Part shown: piece after piece, positions 20,369-31,049 of the stretch
Layout: every line of letters begins with the position of its first letter
Position numbering within the stretch: the stretch's first letter is position 1
DNA from: an uncultured bacterium
GTDB lineage: Bacteria; Verrucomicrobiota; Verrucomicrobiia; Limisphaerales; UBA8199
NCBI GenBank assembly: GCA_963749495.1
Contig: CAVVMW010000006.1
Coordinates: forward strand, 768,001-832,000
Length of the DNA stretch: 64,000 nucleotides
Direction of reading: 5' to 3'
Position numbers and translations under genes: made by a program
Notes under the pieces: generated by a model
Seen by the model: only the letters and a program-made list of their open reading frames with translations
What the model was told of the DNA's origin: nothing
Database searches by the model: none

Positions 20369-21688
20369 CTAATAATAGACGACAACTCTGCCGTGCGCGC
20401 CGTAACCGGGGGGCAGGAGAACAAGAGGCACCTGCAACCCCTCCACATAATTATAATAGCCGCCAGCACCACCGCCGCCCGGCACGGTGCCATTCCCCGG
20501 AGGCGAGAAAGCAGCACCGTAGCCTAGAACATAATAGAGTGTTCCGCCCGCGCCGCCAAGGCCCCCGCACCCCGCCGCCCCACCATGGCTAACCGCCGGT
20601 TGAGGTAACGATGCTATGGGTGTGCCATCGCCGCCGGTTATGTTCAGAGTAGCATTAGTGCAGGAGCCTCCTATTCCTTGATAGGGTGTATAATGCCCGC
20701 CTTGGGCAATAATCAAACGGTCGAAACCACTATCGCCGCCAGAACCGTCCGGATTGCCGCCAGATCCAACAACAACCGAATGACTGGATCCGGGCGTGAC
20801 ATTGAGCACCTGTTTACCATACCCACCACCCCCGCCGCCGCCGCCGCCGGTCCCATTATTGGTATCGGCAGATATGCCACCACCGCCGCCGCCCCAAAGT
20901 TCGACAACGATCCTGGTTACGTTCGAGGGAACAATAAATTCGTTTGTTCCAGGAACATCAAACACTTGCATGTCAGGTACAGTTTTGGGAGGGGTTACAT
21001 TGGGGAGATCGCTAAGCATAGCAAAGTTGGTGCTGCTTAGACCGTCCAATAAAAATGCATTTCTTGCAGAAGCCACGGTGCCAGTAACTTTTGTTCCACT
21101 TACGCTAACAATTTTGGCATCGGTTACAGAGCTGTCCTGAATGTTTGCTGTCGCTACCGCATTGGTAGCAAGATTTGCGTTCGTGACTGCGCCATTGGCA
21201 AGTTGAAGTGTCGTCACGGCACCGCTCCGAATGTTCGCCGTGGCTACGGCGTTGTCGGCCAATTGAGCATTCATAATTGCGCCGTTTGTCACGGTTGCCG
21301 CAAGTGCCGCAAACTGGGCATACGGCGCTGGCAACACCTGCACGCGCGGCGCGAGCGTTTCGCTGTCGCTCCCGCTTTGCACTGTGATGTCCAGCCAACG
21401 CGCGCTGCCATTAAACGCACCCGCGCCAAAGTCAAGGTTCACGGAGAAAAGTCTGCCGGCGAGCGTCGAGGTGTCTGTAATGGCGGTGCCAATTTAACGT
21501 CCGCCGCTCGCGGCGTCGTAAAGTTTGAAGATTATCGTGTAAGTGCCGTTGGCGTTCGTGCCGCCGTCGCGGAGTTGGCCTTGGTAGGTGAAGGCCGTGG
21601 TGCCCTGGGCGAAGGTGGTTGAGGTGGAAAGGTTGAGGCCGGCGAACGCAAGCAGCGCGATCACTGCAATGGTGCTATTGGTTTTCAT
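20369..21688 (-). pseudogene. glycine-rich, tail-fibre-like surface protein with in-frame TAA at 21494-21496
   Basis: Signal peptide, FTYQGQL, LDFG..RWLDI..PAPYA, VELWGGGGGG; ORFs 21494..21688 and 20369..21442 are in the same frame. Confidence 0.75.
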
Positions 21689-22215
21689 AAACGTTGGGTT
21701 CAGCTTAGGAGTTGCGGAAATAGCAGGGACATGGAGTCAGGCGCCAAACTTTGGCATAGAATGTGAAATCGTGAGCGCTCGATACATGCTCGCCCAACAC
21801 AGATCTCTCAATTCCCGCTGCCAATTTCATAACCCACTGGCCACCGAACAACACCGTGACCCAATCAGTCAACCCTCACGGCCCATCGGTGACTTCTGCT
21901 CGGTGACCACCCGACTTCACCACCAATCGAAGAACGTGTCGAGGAAAATGTTTTTCGCAGGTGTTCACGGGCGTGCGCATATCTCATGCCAACCAAGCCA
22001 ATGGATGTTCCAGCCGGTCCAGAAGCCCCAACCAAATGTCCCCAAAAACCCTGATGCCCCCGGTCGATCGATCCCGGTTCACGCCAACCAAACCCAGGTA
22101 AAGTTGATCGGCCCAGCCTCCCGGTTCAACTGATGACCATAGCCCAGGAGACGCCGACCTGGATGGAGAAGGCGTGAGAGATCCGACACGATATCTGCCA
22201 GGGTTCCCAAGGTCT

Positions 22216-22779
22216 TCACTGACCACGGGCGGAATATGGCGTTGCTCCGGCAGTCCCCCGTTGCTCCTTCACCTTCGCCAGCCTCTCGCGCCATTCCTCC
22301 TTGCATCGGCGCCCCAAGTCCAGATGCGTCAGCCCATTTACCACGCACCCAAATCCATATTTTCCAATGCCATAGATCCTCAACAATGCCGGCGCTCTCC
22401 AGCCCCATCTGTCGGCCGGGCCATCCAGGCACATGTCCATCAACTCCTGTAAACTCATCTGCTGCTTCCCGGTGCCCACGAAATGATCCAGCAATCTGTT
22501 CTTTGTCGCCCCATTCAACCCAATCGCATCAGCCAGGTCATTCACTGGCCACGGTTTCTCTGGGTCGTCTACAAGGCGAATTCCCTCCCGCAGCTTGGCA
22601 CGTCTTTCGGCCATGAACCTGTCGGCTGCGTCTCGCTGCTCAAGCTGTGAAATCCGATTTGGGGACAACCTGAACCGAAGCGCAACCTCTCGGCGCGGAA
22701 CTCCCTCCTTCCGCATCTGGAGGATTTGTCGGTTGCGCTCTGGAATTGGGATCATGGAAGAAATCCTCGCCGCCGTCAC
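22216..22779 (-). CDS. HTH + RNAP alpha-CTD-like protein
   Basis: ERNRQILQMRKEG..EVALRFRLS HTH; LNGATKNRL..SLQELM..LLRIYGIG. Confidence 0.6.
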   Translation of the reverse strand: MTAARISSMIPIPERNRQILQMRKEGVPRREVALRFRLSPNRISQLEQRDAADRFMAERRAKLREGIRLVDDPEKPWPVNDLADAIGLNGATKNRLLDHFVGTGKQQMSLQELMDMCLDGPADRWGWRAPALLRIYGIGKYGFGCVVNGLTHLDLGRRCKEEWRERLAKVKEQRGTAGATPYSARGQ

Positions 22780-23654
22780 AATTTGCGCTTCGGATCCGCA
22801 TGTGGCAGGGAGGCTGGGTCATCTGGGACTCCCGTGACCAGGATCATGTTGCCGGTATAGCCCGCGAAGGCCTGGTGAACGAACTCCAGCCAGTATCCCA
22901 GCCATTTGCCGTTCTTCAGATAGTTTCGTAGCGGATGGGCAGCACCAGATTCTGAAGACAAGCGGCGCTGAAGGAAGTCCTCCCATGTGCGGCGAGAGCT
23001 GTCCCTGAACACGTAGGGCGTGCTCATGGTCACTGACCGGCTGCGCCCTTCGACAAACGGAGGCAGCACTCGGACGTACCAGATCTCCCCCTTGCGACCT
23101 GCATACCCACTGCTGCTCCAGCATCGAACTTCCTGTTTGCCGGCGATGTCCCAGAGCTTCAACCCCTGGGCGTCAACATCCAGCACCTCGTAGAATGAAC
23201 AAAAGGAAGCGTTCAGCGCGACCATGGCCTTCTGAAGGTAATCGAATGTGCCCACGTGCTGGAGGTAGTGGGCGAACACCTCGCCGAGGGTCATTCCGGT
23301 GGAGTCGTCTCGCGCATCCAAAACCATCCACCCGGCGAAGAAGGCCGACGTGACCGGGCTCATCGGCGGGTAACTCGGCATGTACTCCTCCTGAATCTCG
23401 GCGATCAGGTTGTTGAATGGAATCAAATCCGGGAAGCCCAGAGCCTGGCCGGCGAATTCACTGGCCGTATTGAGAGCGGCGGCGTAGGCGTGGAAACTGG
23501 GGTCTCCGGGTTTGGTGTCGGCGTAGGTCCCCTCTTTAATGGACCTCAACAGCTCCAGGTCGGTTTCGCTCTCCTCGAATGTGAACCGCTCGCTGAGAAC
23601 CTCTCTCAGAAGCCGCTCGGCCCTTCGGTTTCGTCTGCTTTTTGGCTCTGGCAT
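22776..23654 (-). CDS. conserved hypothetical protein
   Basis: YMPSYPPMSPVT..FF..W..D; ATG 23654 directly after the upstream stop. Confidence 0.7.
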   Translation of the reverse strand: MPEPKSRRNRRAERLLREVLSERFTFEESETDLELLRSIKEGTYADTKPGDPSFHAYAAALNTASEFAGQALGFPDLIPFNNLIAEIQEEYMPSYPPMSPVTSAFFAGWMVLDARDDSTGMTLGEVFAHYLQHVGTFDYLQKAMVALNASFCSFYEVLDVDAQGLKLWDIAGKQEVRCWSSSGYAGRKGEIWYVRVLPPFVEGRSRSVTMSTPYVFRDSSRRTWEDFLQRRLSSESGAAHPLRNYLKNGKWLGYWLEFVHQAFAGYTGNMILVTGVPDDPASLPHADPKRKL

Positions 23655-23659
23655 AAATG

Positions 23660-24340
23660 TCAGTTCGTTCCAGTTTCGGTCTGCGGCAAGGGCGTCGTCG
23701 TTCTCGGTCCTGTCAGCCAAAACGGAGGTTCACAGGGCTTCGACCATGTCTGATGCACCCCAGAGATCCGTGAAGACCGCCTCAGCCTCGCCATCCGCCT
23801 GCTCCATTCCCCATTACACCTTTCACCGAGATCCGATTCCGTCAACCCTCTGACCACCGACCAGAACCCTTCCAGCCCAATGCAGCAGATGTTGAGTAGG
23901 TGGGTAATCACGTAACCCGGTTTCGAATGCTTCTCCTCCGATATCGCCAGGTCCATCAGCCCTCGCAAAGAAACCTCCGGGACCTCTTCGCGCTCGAAAT
24001 GATTGATCAGGGCATTTTGGGTGATGGTTTTGAGCCGGAGAGCCTGGATGACGTAGCTCGCCTTCCATTTCTTGTCGAGGTCATCAGCCTTGCGAACGTT
24101 TTCCAGCAGTCGGCAACTCCTCAGGGAAAGGGCCTCCTCTGTTTCAAATTTGCGAACGATGCCCTCAACCGTTTCCTCCCACAAGTCCAGGACCTCGGCG
24201 ATTTCCCGAATGGACTCACCGGCCTCCCACATCGGGCGAATCCGGCTGTTCCGCTCCTGATATTCTTTCCTGGCTTTTTTCATGGCAGGTCCCAAGGGCA
24301 TCTCGTCGGTCTCGTCAGGGAACATCAGGACTTCGCTCAT
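23660..24340 (-). CDS. HTH + alpha-CTD-like protein (paralogue of 22216..22779)
   Basis: ERNSRI..GESIREIA; DDLDKKW, LLNICCIG, DLGERC..EW shared with the paralogue. Confidence 0.6.
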   Translation of the reverse strand: MSEVLMFPDETDEMPLGPAMKKARKEYQERNSRIRPMWEAGESIREIAEVLDLWEETVEGIVRKFETEEALSLRSCRLLENVRKADDLDKKWKASYVIQALRLKTITQNALINHFEREEVPEVSLRGLMDLAISEEKHSKPGYVITHLLNICCIGLEGFWSVVRGLTESDLGERCNGEWSRRMARLRRSSRISGVHQTWSKPCEPPFWLTGPRTTTPLPQTETGTN

Positions 24341-24828
24341 TCCTTCGGCTCCTTCACCTCCAGCCTCGGTCTTCGGTGAATCTCTTCCTCTGGCGCAAAT
24401 TCAATCCGCATCCCCCAGCCTGCAAAAGTGCAGATCAGCTTGCCAAATTCGTGCCAGGTCAATTCCTTCCCATCAATCTCAATCACCGGCTCCCTCTCCC
24501 TGTCCTTTTCCACGTCGTCAACCACGCACCTGAGCACATCACCCCGAGGAGACCACTGATTGCAGGACGGGTGATATTTGATTTGAGGCGAGCCCAGGGG
24601 AGGTTCGATGGCCACGCATTTGTTGTTCCTGACCAGTTCAGCTTCGGCCTTGAGGATGTCGTTGTAGAGGTCGAGAATCTCCTGATCTGTCATCTCCTTC
24701 ATCCTGGGGCCGATTTGCAGGCTGGTTTCGCCAAAGGCCGGGTCCTTGTACTTGATGTGGGCGTGGATGTCGTCGCGGGTGATGGTGACTTCCTCAAGGC
24801 TGTAAACGATGGGGCGCGGTTTTCTCAT
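24337..24828 (-). CDS. conserved hypothetical protein
   Basis: W.PRGDVLRC..IDGKELTW.EFG..FAGWGMRIEF; ATGA-coupled to the next gene. Confidence 0.7.
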   Translation of the reverse strand: MRKPRPIVYSLEEVTITRDDIHAHIKYKDPAFGETSLQIGPRMKEMTDQEILDLYNDILKAEAELVRNNKCVAIEPPLGSPQIKYHPSCNQWSPRGDVLRCVVDDVEKDREREPVIEIDGKELTWHEFGKLICTFAGWGMRIEFAPEEEIHRRPRLEVKEPKE

Positions 24829-24972
24829 TCAGGTCCTCTCTCGGTCGGCGGTCTTCATGTTGTGGTGTCGAGGGAGGAGCGTACACCATCCGCCTTCGAT
24901 GGACAACCAGATTCAGGACATTTTGGCCCTTGAATTCTCCACCGGCCGCACCAATAATTACCGGCAAGTATT

Positions 24973-25356
24973 ATGAGCACCAAAGATGAACATTTGTGGG
25001 ATGGGGAGGGAAATGAAGCGGGTGAAGCTTTTGATCTCAAATACGAGGAGTGGGAGCAGCGGGATTGGATGACCTGGCTGGCAGAGAATCTGGTCTTTCC
25101 CTTCAAGGCGACCCGAGAGGAGAATATGGATGACGCCGAACTCCAAGAGGGTGCCGCCGGAGACCTCTTCGAAGTGGGCCACGCCATGCAGGTTCTGGGC
25201 CTGGAAGACGAAGACGAAATGAAGGGCATCATCGTGGAGGCCAAGGAGAAGGGGCAAATCGGTCACCTTCCCCTGGCGGATCTGGAGGTGAAGCCAAAGA
25301 CCGACAAGAATTACTGGCCGGTCAGGGAGTACGTTGTCTGGTTTGCGAATCGGTGA
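24973..25356 (+). CDS. CcbP-like calcium-binding family protein
   Basis: Acidic; WMTWLAENLVFPFKA, LPLADLEV, NYWPVREYVVW. Confidence 0.7.
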   Translation: MSTKDEHLWDGEGNEAGEAFDLKYEEWEQRDWMTWLAENLVFPFKATREENMDDAELQEGAAGDLFEVGHAMQVLGLEDEDEMKGIIVEAKEKGQIGHLPLADLEVKPKTDKNYWPVREYVVWFANR

Positions 25357-25418
25357 GATCCAAGAAAGCAGCAAAAGGGCAAATGACGTTCGAACTGAAT
25401 CGAGAACTCTAAGGTTTT

Positions 25419-25763
25419 ATGCCACGCAGAAAACCATCCAAGTCCCCGTATGAGAGCTTCTCCGTCAGCCAACTCAAGGGAATCAGCTTTCGCTTCGAGG
25501 ACGACGTTTACGAGTACGCCTGGTTGTTGCTGAGGCTTGACGACGCCAAAGGGAAAGGCACCAATTCAACTCACCGCCACACCCTCTATGGTCTTGCCCG
25601 TCACTATGCATCGTTGGCAGATCTACCGGAATCTCAGGTCTTGGCGGAGTTCGAGCGTCGCAAACTGCCCTTGCGAGCCTGTGTGGACTTCGATTCCAAG
25701 TCGGCGCCCGCAATCAATCAACCAGCTCAATCTCCTGATGAACCAGGCGCCGAAAAGCGGTGA
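25419..25763 (+). CDS. hypothetical protein
   Basis: 114-aa ATG ORF in a co-oriented cluster. Confidence 0.55.
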   Translation: MPRRKPSKSPYESFSVSQLKGISFRFEDDVYEYAWLLLRLDDAKGKGTNSTHRHTLYGLARHYASLADLPESQVLAEFERRKLPLRACVDFDSKSAPAINQPAQSPDEPGAEKR

Positions 25764-25912
25764 TCCAGTACTACGCCACCGCCCTCACCACCGCCCACAT
25801 ACATCGGAGATCTTGCACTTCAACCGGGCACAACTCTGCTCCAAGGTCTTCGGCGTCCTTGCATTCCCATCTGCAAATGTGTATCGAGGGTGGGTTCAGC
25901 AGCAGAACAATT

Positions 25913-26446
25913 ATGTCGGCAAAAACCAGGTCAAGTAGAGAAGGTGCAGGAGGCAGGCAGAGGTCCGGCCCACACAGGGTTCGCCTGTACCAGCTGGAGG
26001 TCTTTCTCATCAGCGGCCCCGTCAGCCCAAAATTCGCCGACCGTGTGATATCCCGCACGATTCTGATCCGTGGTGACCAGACCTTGGAAGACCTCCACCA
26101 CGCGATCTTCGAGGCATACGCCCGCTGGGAAGAGCACGGTTACGAGTTTCAATTCGGCAAGGGACCAATGGACCCGAAAGGGTTAACTTATGTGCTCCCC
26201 ACGGCCTTTGAGGTGGGACTGAGCAAAGGGAAGCGGCCAGCCGGACTGGTGGACCTGACGATAATCGAGTCGTTGGGGCTGGAGGTGGGGCGCAGCTTCG
26301 GTTACTGGTTCGATTTCGGAGACGACTGGTGGCACCAGATCAATGTCAAGGAAATCAAAGACACCGTACCGAGAGGCCACTATCCCAGAATCATTAAGGG
26401 GCAAGGTGAAAACCCACCGCAATACCAAGAGGAAGAGGAGACGTAA
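25913..26446 (+). CDS. plasmid pRiA4b ORF-3 family protein
   Basis: TLEDLHHAIFEA..W..H.YEF; YWFDFGDDWWHQI; PPQY. Confidence 0.85.
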   Translation: MSAKTRSSREGAGGRQRSGPHRVRLYQLEVFLISGPVSPKFADRVISRTILIRGDQTLEDLHHAIFEAYARWEEHGYEFQFGKGPMDPKGLTYVLPTAFEVGLSKGKRPAGLVDLTIIESLGLEVGRSFGYWFDFGDDWWHQINVKEIKDTVPRGHYPRIIKGQGENPPQYQEEEET

Positions 26447-26508
26447 ATGATGGCGAGCGAATGCGTGGGCGACAAATCCTTGTTCAAGGCAAAAAGGCGA
26501 ACGTGATT

Positions 26509-26868
26509 ATGAAACCACAGAAGATTTCTGAGATGGTCCTTGATTTCGCCGGTGATTACCTGAGATTGGGTGAAACACCGGACAACAGGCGGAACCTTTT
26601 GAGATCGGCTTGCACGGCGTGGAACATTGCCTGCGCCTCCGAAGAAGGCAGGAAGGAATTGTTGGACCAATTCCTGGCTAATTACCGGAGGCTGAATCCT
26701 GCCGCGGATGTCGAAGAATGCCGCGGTGTGCGCCAGGACATGGAGTTGTTGATCCAGGAGAAGCTCAAGAAATACCGCACCGTCATCATCCAAATCGTCG
26801 ACTGTGAACTGACCGTGGTTGATGGAAAGGACCACATTCTCGTCGCGTCTTTCAGACCAAGCCGATGA
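26509..26868 (+). CDS. hypothetical protein
   Basis: KISEMVLDFA..AWNIA; ATG 26509. Confidence 0.6.
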   Translation: MKPQKISEMVLDFAGDYLRLGETPDNRRNLLRSACTAWNIACASEEGRKELLDQFLANYRRLNPAADVEECRGVRQDMELLIQEKLKKYRTVIIQIVDCELTVVDGKDHILVASFRPSR

Positions 26869-26938
26869 TCATGTGAACTGTCCATGGCCCTTTCGCAAAT
26901 GCCGACATTGTTGAATTGGGATTGGTTTTTGAGGTTTT

Positions 26939-27343
26939 ATGGGCAAGGCGGTTAATCTCGATAAACTGAAAGACGACATGAAGCGTTGGCCAAAATCGTG
27001 GGCTGGCTTTGACTCCGACATTCCGATGGGCAGGGAGATCGTGAAGACCATGCAGCCCTTTATATTGGCGATGGTGGAGGATCATCTTGCGCACACCACC
27101 ATCAACCGGCACATGGGCAATCTCTGGCTTTTGGGCGGCGGGGTTATTGCGCGGGTCCAAACAGATCCCGAACTGAAGGAGTTGACTGGCGAGAAGTTGA
27201 TCCTGCGATTTCTGAATGAGGAGGGCGGCCCATATTCCAAACACCTCGACACTGAAGAAGAGCAAAAAGCATTCGACGCCACTTGCAAGAGGCTCTACCG
27301 GCTCCTGAGCCAAAGGCGGCCACGGAGAACCCCGCGTAACTAA
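26939..27343 (+). CDS. hypothetical protein
   Basis: WPKSWAG..TINRHMGNLWLLGG..FDATCKRL; GAGG RBS. Confidence 0.65.
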   Translation: MGKAVNLDKLKDDMKRWPKSWAGFDSDIPMGREIVKTMQPFILAMVEDHLAHTTINRHMGNLWLLGGGVIARVQTDPELKELTGEKLILRFLNEEGGPYSKHLDTEEEQKAFDATCKRLYRLLSQRRPRRTPRN

Positions 27344-28537
27344 CCGTCTTTTGCCCACCTGACGGCCCAGCATCGCACGCATTTGATCTCTGCGGCGTTT
27401 TCTCAGGCCCGACCACCTTCCAGAGTGCCGGCTGCGATCACGACGCCTCTCGGATCATCTGGCGAGCAGCAATGGACAATTATACAATAACCTGATATGT
27501 GCATCCCCCGCATTAGCAGCCCTATTTGCGACTCAATAAAACGAGCCGCTCACCGAGCGGCTCGCTCGCCAGTGAGAGCACTTGGGTCAACCTCTCACAA
27601 CTCATATCCCAACGGACTCCGTGTCCGACGGAGAGTCCCTCGAACGATTCGCTCTGAGCCGCAGAGTGAGAAGGGATACTCCCTCGAGACAGCCTCGCAC
27701 CATGTCGAGAACGAGACTGCGACAATCCGTCCTGACTCGCAGGGGAGAGCTTCGGCTTGGGCTCAGGCCTAGGCTTCGCGTCCGATGGGGGCACAGCCTA
27801 CTACGGGCCTCCTGCCTGGCCAGCTTTGTCACTGCTTTAGCAACCAGAAGCCGCGTTGAGGGGAGTTCCTGCCAAGTCAGATCCCACAACGTCTTTTCGC
27901 CAAAGTGCCACCTTCCTTCTACCCTGTCAGCAATGATGTAATACCACTCCCATTTGCCTTCGGCCACTCGCCGTCTTTCTTCCCACTCGATTCTCGTTCC
28001 ATCTTTCATTTTTCGTGTGTTAAATTGTTCAACCGCTTTCTTGTTTTCATTTCCTCCGCAGGCTTCGTGCCACTGGCTTCGAACGTCCATCCGCCTCCCT
28101 GTCTTTTCATCTTTGAGCTTGAATTTGAACAAGATATGACTCGTGGCTGCAATTTCTCCTCCGAGAAACTGACCCCTGATGGGGGGCCCTTTGACGATCC
28201 GGCTCCGCAGTCTGGCGACGACAATCGCCGCGGTCGCCAGTGCGTGACTCCATTGCGGAGCTTCAGCTATGTTTGGCAGGCAGCTCCTGTATCTTTGGCA
28301 ACTCGAAATCAACTTCGACCAAAGGAGCTCTGGTGCCGGCTCCTTGCACCGACGCAATCCCAAGCGTCCCGAGATGCCCAGTGGCAACGAAGCAGTGGCC
28401 CTGAGCTTGGCACTAACAACGAACCGGGGATTGGGGTCAGCCTTCCGGGGAAGGCGATCCCCGATGGCGGCACACCGCAACATCACAGATGCCCATTACG
28501 GAGCAATAAAGGCTTACCGCCGCCAAGTGCCGTTGCG

Positions 28538-28553
28538 TGGCATAGAAAATGCT
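28538..28553 (+). promoter_or_regulatory. candidate sigma54 -24/-12 promoter
   Basis: TGGCATAGAAAATGCT (GG-N10-GC), about 270 bp upstream of the kinase start. Confidence 0.4.
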
Positions 28554-28970
28554 GTGGACCGAGATACTGCCTGCGGGCATGTGGTCAGTGTGAAGCGACC
28601 AAAACGTCGAAGTATGCGCAAACAGTTGTTAATGCGTGCATCCCGCACGGCGCTAGGAGACGGCGATCTATCAAGCAGGGGTATCTTCTTAAGGCCCTTT
28701 GGCCAAGCTGTCTTGGGCTCCTTCTTGCTTGCCCATAAAAGGTTGTGGCCTCAGACTGGCATTGCAGCAGTTGACGATGGCGCGGACGAAATGTGAAGCG
28801 TAACAGGCTTCGATTACTCTTGATTATGAATTCGCCGAATGTATCTGAACACAACTTGGAACTGCATCGCCCAACTCACATTCGAGTCGGAACCGGGAAG
28901 CTGAAACATTCAAGCCCATCCCCGTTGGAGGATGGGGAGAGCTTGGCAAGACAATGCATCGAGGCCCTAG

Positions 28971-31049
28971 CCTGGATTCCCACGGATAGGCCTGACCTAA
29001 CCTTGAGCAGCCTCCTCGGCCAGCCTCACCCTGTATTTGCCATGGATCTTCCAGAATGACGTTAGTCGTACTATGAATATATAGATATTGTCCACTATGT
29101 CATAATGCCCGCCGATCGACTCCTCGCTCTGGCCAGACGCTCCGATCCCTACGGATTTGTCCCGTTTCACCAGAAAAATGCGCCATGGCACCCCTACAGG
29201 TTGTATTTCCGCTTGACAACCCCACCATATATGACATAGTGGAGACGTGTTTAACAATAAACACAAAAAACTAACCGATCTGGCCCAGGCTTTTCTCACG
29301 CCGACCAACTCCACCCACCGCCAATATGAGGCCCTCCGCGCCTTCTTCGTCGAGGGCCTCCCTTCCCAAGACGCCGCCCGCCGCTTCGGCTATTCGCCGG
29401 GCAGTTTCCGCGTCCTGGCCTGCCAGTTCCGCCAAGAGCCAGACCGCCCCTTCTTTTTGCCTCCAGCCAAGGGACCTCACCGCGCCCCTAAATCCGACCC
29501 CTGGCGCCTCAAGATTGTCCAGGCCCGCAAACAAAACCTCTCCATTTACGACATCAGCCGGCTCCTGCAGGAGCAAGGTCATCGGCTCAGCCCGGTCTCC
29601 GTAGCCCATGTCCTCAAGGAAGAAGGCTTTGCTCGCCTGCCGCGACGGGCCGATGAAGAACGGCCCTCCCACCCCCATCCCGAAACCGCCCCGGTCGCCG
29701 ATGCCCGCCTGCTGGATTTGTCCGCGCACCAGTTCCGCACCCAATTTGGCGGCCTGTTCCTGTTCGTGCCCTACCTGAGCGCCGTGCCCTGGGAGCGTAT
29801 CCTGGAGCAGAGCCAGTTCCCCGGCACCCGGCAGATCCCCGCCGCTCACGCCATGCGCTCCCTGTTGGGGCTTAAGTTGCATGGCTCGGCTCGTCACAGC
29901 CATGTGATGAGCGACGTGTTCGACGCCGGCCTGGCCTTGTTCGCCGGCCTCAATTGCGTCCCCAAACGTTCTTTCCTCACCGAATACAGTTGCCGGATTG
30001 ATCCGCCGTCTTACCCCAAACTCATGCACCGCTGGTTTGATGGCGCCCGTCAGTTGGGCCTGCCCCGCGGCGAGTCCTTCGATCTGGACTTTCACACCAT
30101 CCCTTTCCACGGCGAGGATGCCCTCCTGCAAAAGCATTACGTCTCCAAGCGCAGCCGCCGGCAGAAGGGCCTCTTGGCCTTTGTGGCCCAGGATGCCGAC
30201 ACGCACGTGTTCTGCTATGGCAATGCCCAGGTGCGCAAGGAGAACCAGAACGAAGAGGTGCTGCACTTTGCCCGCTACTGGAAGGAGCGGACCGGCCAGT
30301 GGCCGCAGGAGTTGATTTTTGATTCCAAACTCACGACCTATGCCAACCTGAGCTGGCTCGACAACCAGGACATCGAGTTCATTACGCTGCGGCGCCGTTC
30401 GGCCGCCATGCTCCAGGAAGTGCGCACCTGGCCCGATTCGGCTTGGCGCCGCATCTCCCTGGAAAGCATCTCCCGCCTTTATCGGGAGCCGCGCATCGTC
30501 AACCAGCGCATCGAGTTGAAGGGCTACCAGGGGCCCATCCGCCAGATGATTATCACCGATTTGGGCCACGAGGACCCCACCTTTCTGCTGACCAATCAAT
30601 TGCGGCGCTCGGCCCCCAAGCTCATTGGGCGTTACGCCCGGCGCATGATTATCGAGAACAACATCCAGGACGGCATCAACTTTTTCCACATGGATGCGCT
30701 GTCCTCGGCGGTGCCGATGAAGGTCGATTGCGATCTGCAATTAACCCTCATAGCCAGCAGTCTCTATCGGCTCTTGGGAGTTCAAATCGGGCAAGGCTAT
30801 GAACGAGCCAAATCCCGAACCCTGTTCCGGGACTTCGTGGATGCAACGGCAACGGTGGCCATTAGCGCGGAGGCGATCACCGTCCGCTTTCAGAAACGGG
30901 CCCACAATCCGTTGCTGCTCAACGCAGGCTTTAACAAGAAGCAGGTCAAGGTCCCCTGGTTGGACAATCGAACCCTCCGGTTGGTCTTCGGCTAGAGCGG
31001 GCCAACGGGAAAAAAATGTTAGGTCGCGTCCCATGCATGGGAATCCAGG
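28971..31049 (+). mobile_element. IS1380-like DDE element
   Basis: TIR CCTGGATTCCCA / TGGGAATCCAGG; CTAG TSD at 28967-28970 and 31050-31053; family assignment less sure than the boundaries. Confidence 0.85.
29247..30995 (+). CDS. DDE transposase with N-terminal HTH domains
   Basis: DLDFH, IFDS, YARRMIIEN motifs; lies inside TIRs. Confidence 0.85.
   Translation: MFNNKHKKLTDLAQAFLTPTNSTHRQYEALRAFFVEGLPSQDAARRFGYSPGSFRVLACQFRQEPDRPFFLPPAKGPHRAPKSDPWRLKIVQARKQNLSIYDISRLLQEQGHRLSPVSVAHVLKEEGFARLPRRADEERPSHPHPETAPVADARLLDLSAHQFRTQFGGLFLFVPYLSAVPWERILEQSQFPGTRQIPAAHAMRSLLGLKLHGSARHSHVMSDVFDAGLALFAGLNCVPKRSFLTEYSCRIDPPSYPKLMHRWFDGARQLGLPRGESFDLDFHTIPFHGEDALLQKHYVSKRSRRQKGLLAFVAQDADTHVFCYGNAQVRKENQNEEVLHFARYWKERTGQWPQELIFDSKLTTYANLSWLDNQDIEFITLRRRSAAMLQEVRTWPDSAWRRISLESISRLYREPRIVNQRIELKGYQGPIRQMIITDLGHEDPTFLLTNQLRRSAPKLIGRYARRMIIENNIQDGINFFHMDALSSAVPMKVDCDLQLTLIASSLYRLLGVQIGQGYERAKSRTLFRDFVDATATVAISAEAITVRFQKRAHNPLLLNAGFNKKQVKVPWLDNRTLRLVFG

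Noticed and set aside
21494..21496. In-frame stop as recoding
   Set aside because: It is TAA at a position expected to be Gln (CAA), with no SECIS-like context; a nonsense mutation or error.
20369..21688. Prophage tail gene
   Set aside because: Has a signal peptide and no virion genes nearby; typical surface protein architecture.
21762..21776. Second sigma54 promoter (TGGCATAGAATGTGA)
   Set aside because: Has GA instead of the -12 GC and no clear downstream gene.
29271..30740. 489-aa minus-strand ORF (likewise 61272..62036 and 62009..63529 on +)
   Set aside because: Antisense shadow ORFs of GC-rich transposase genes.
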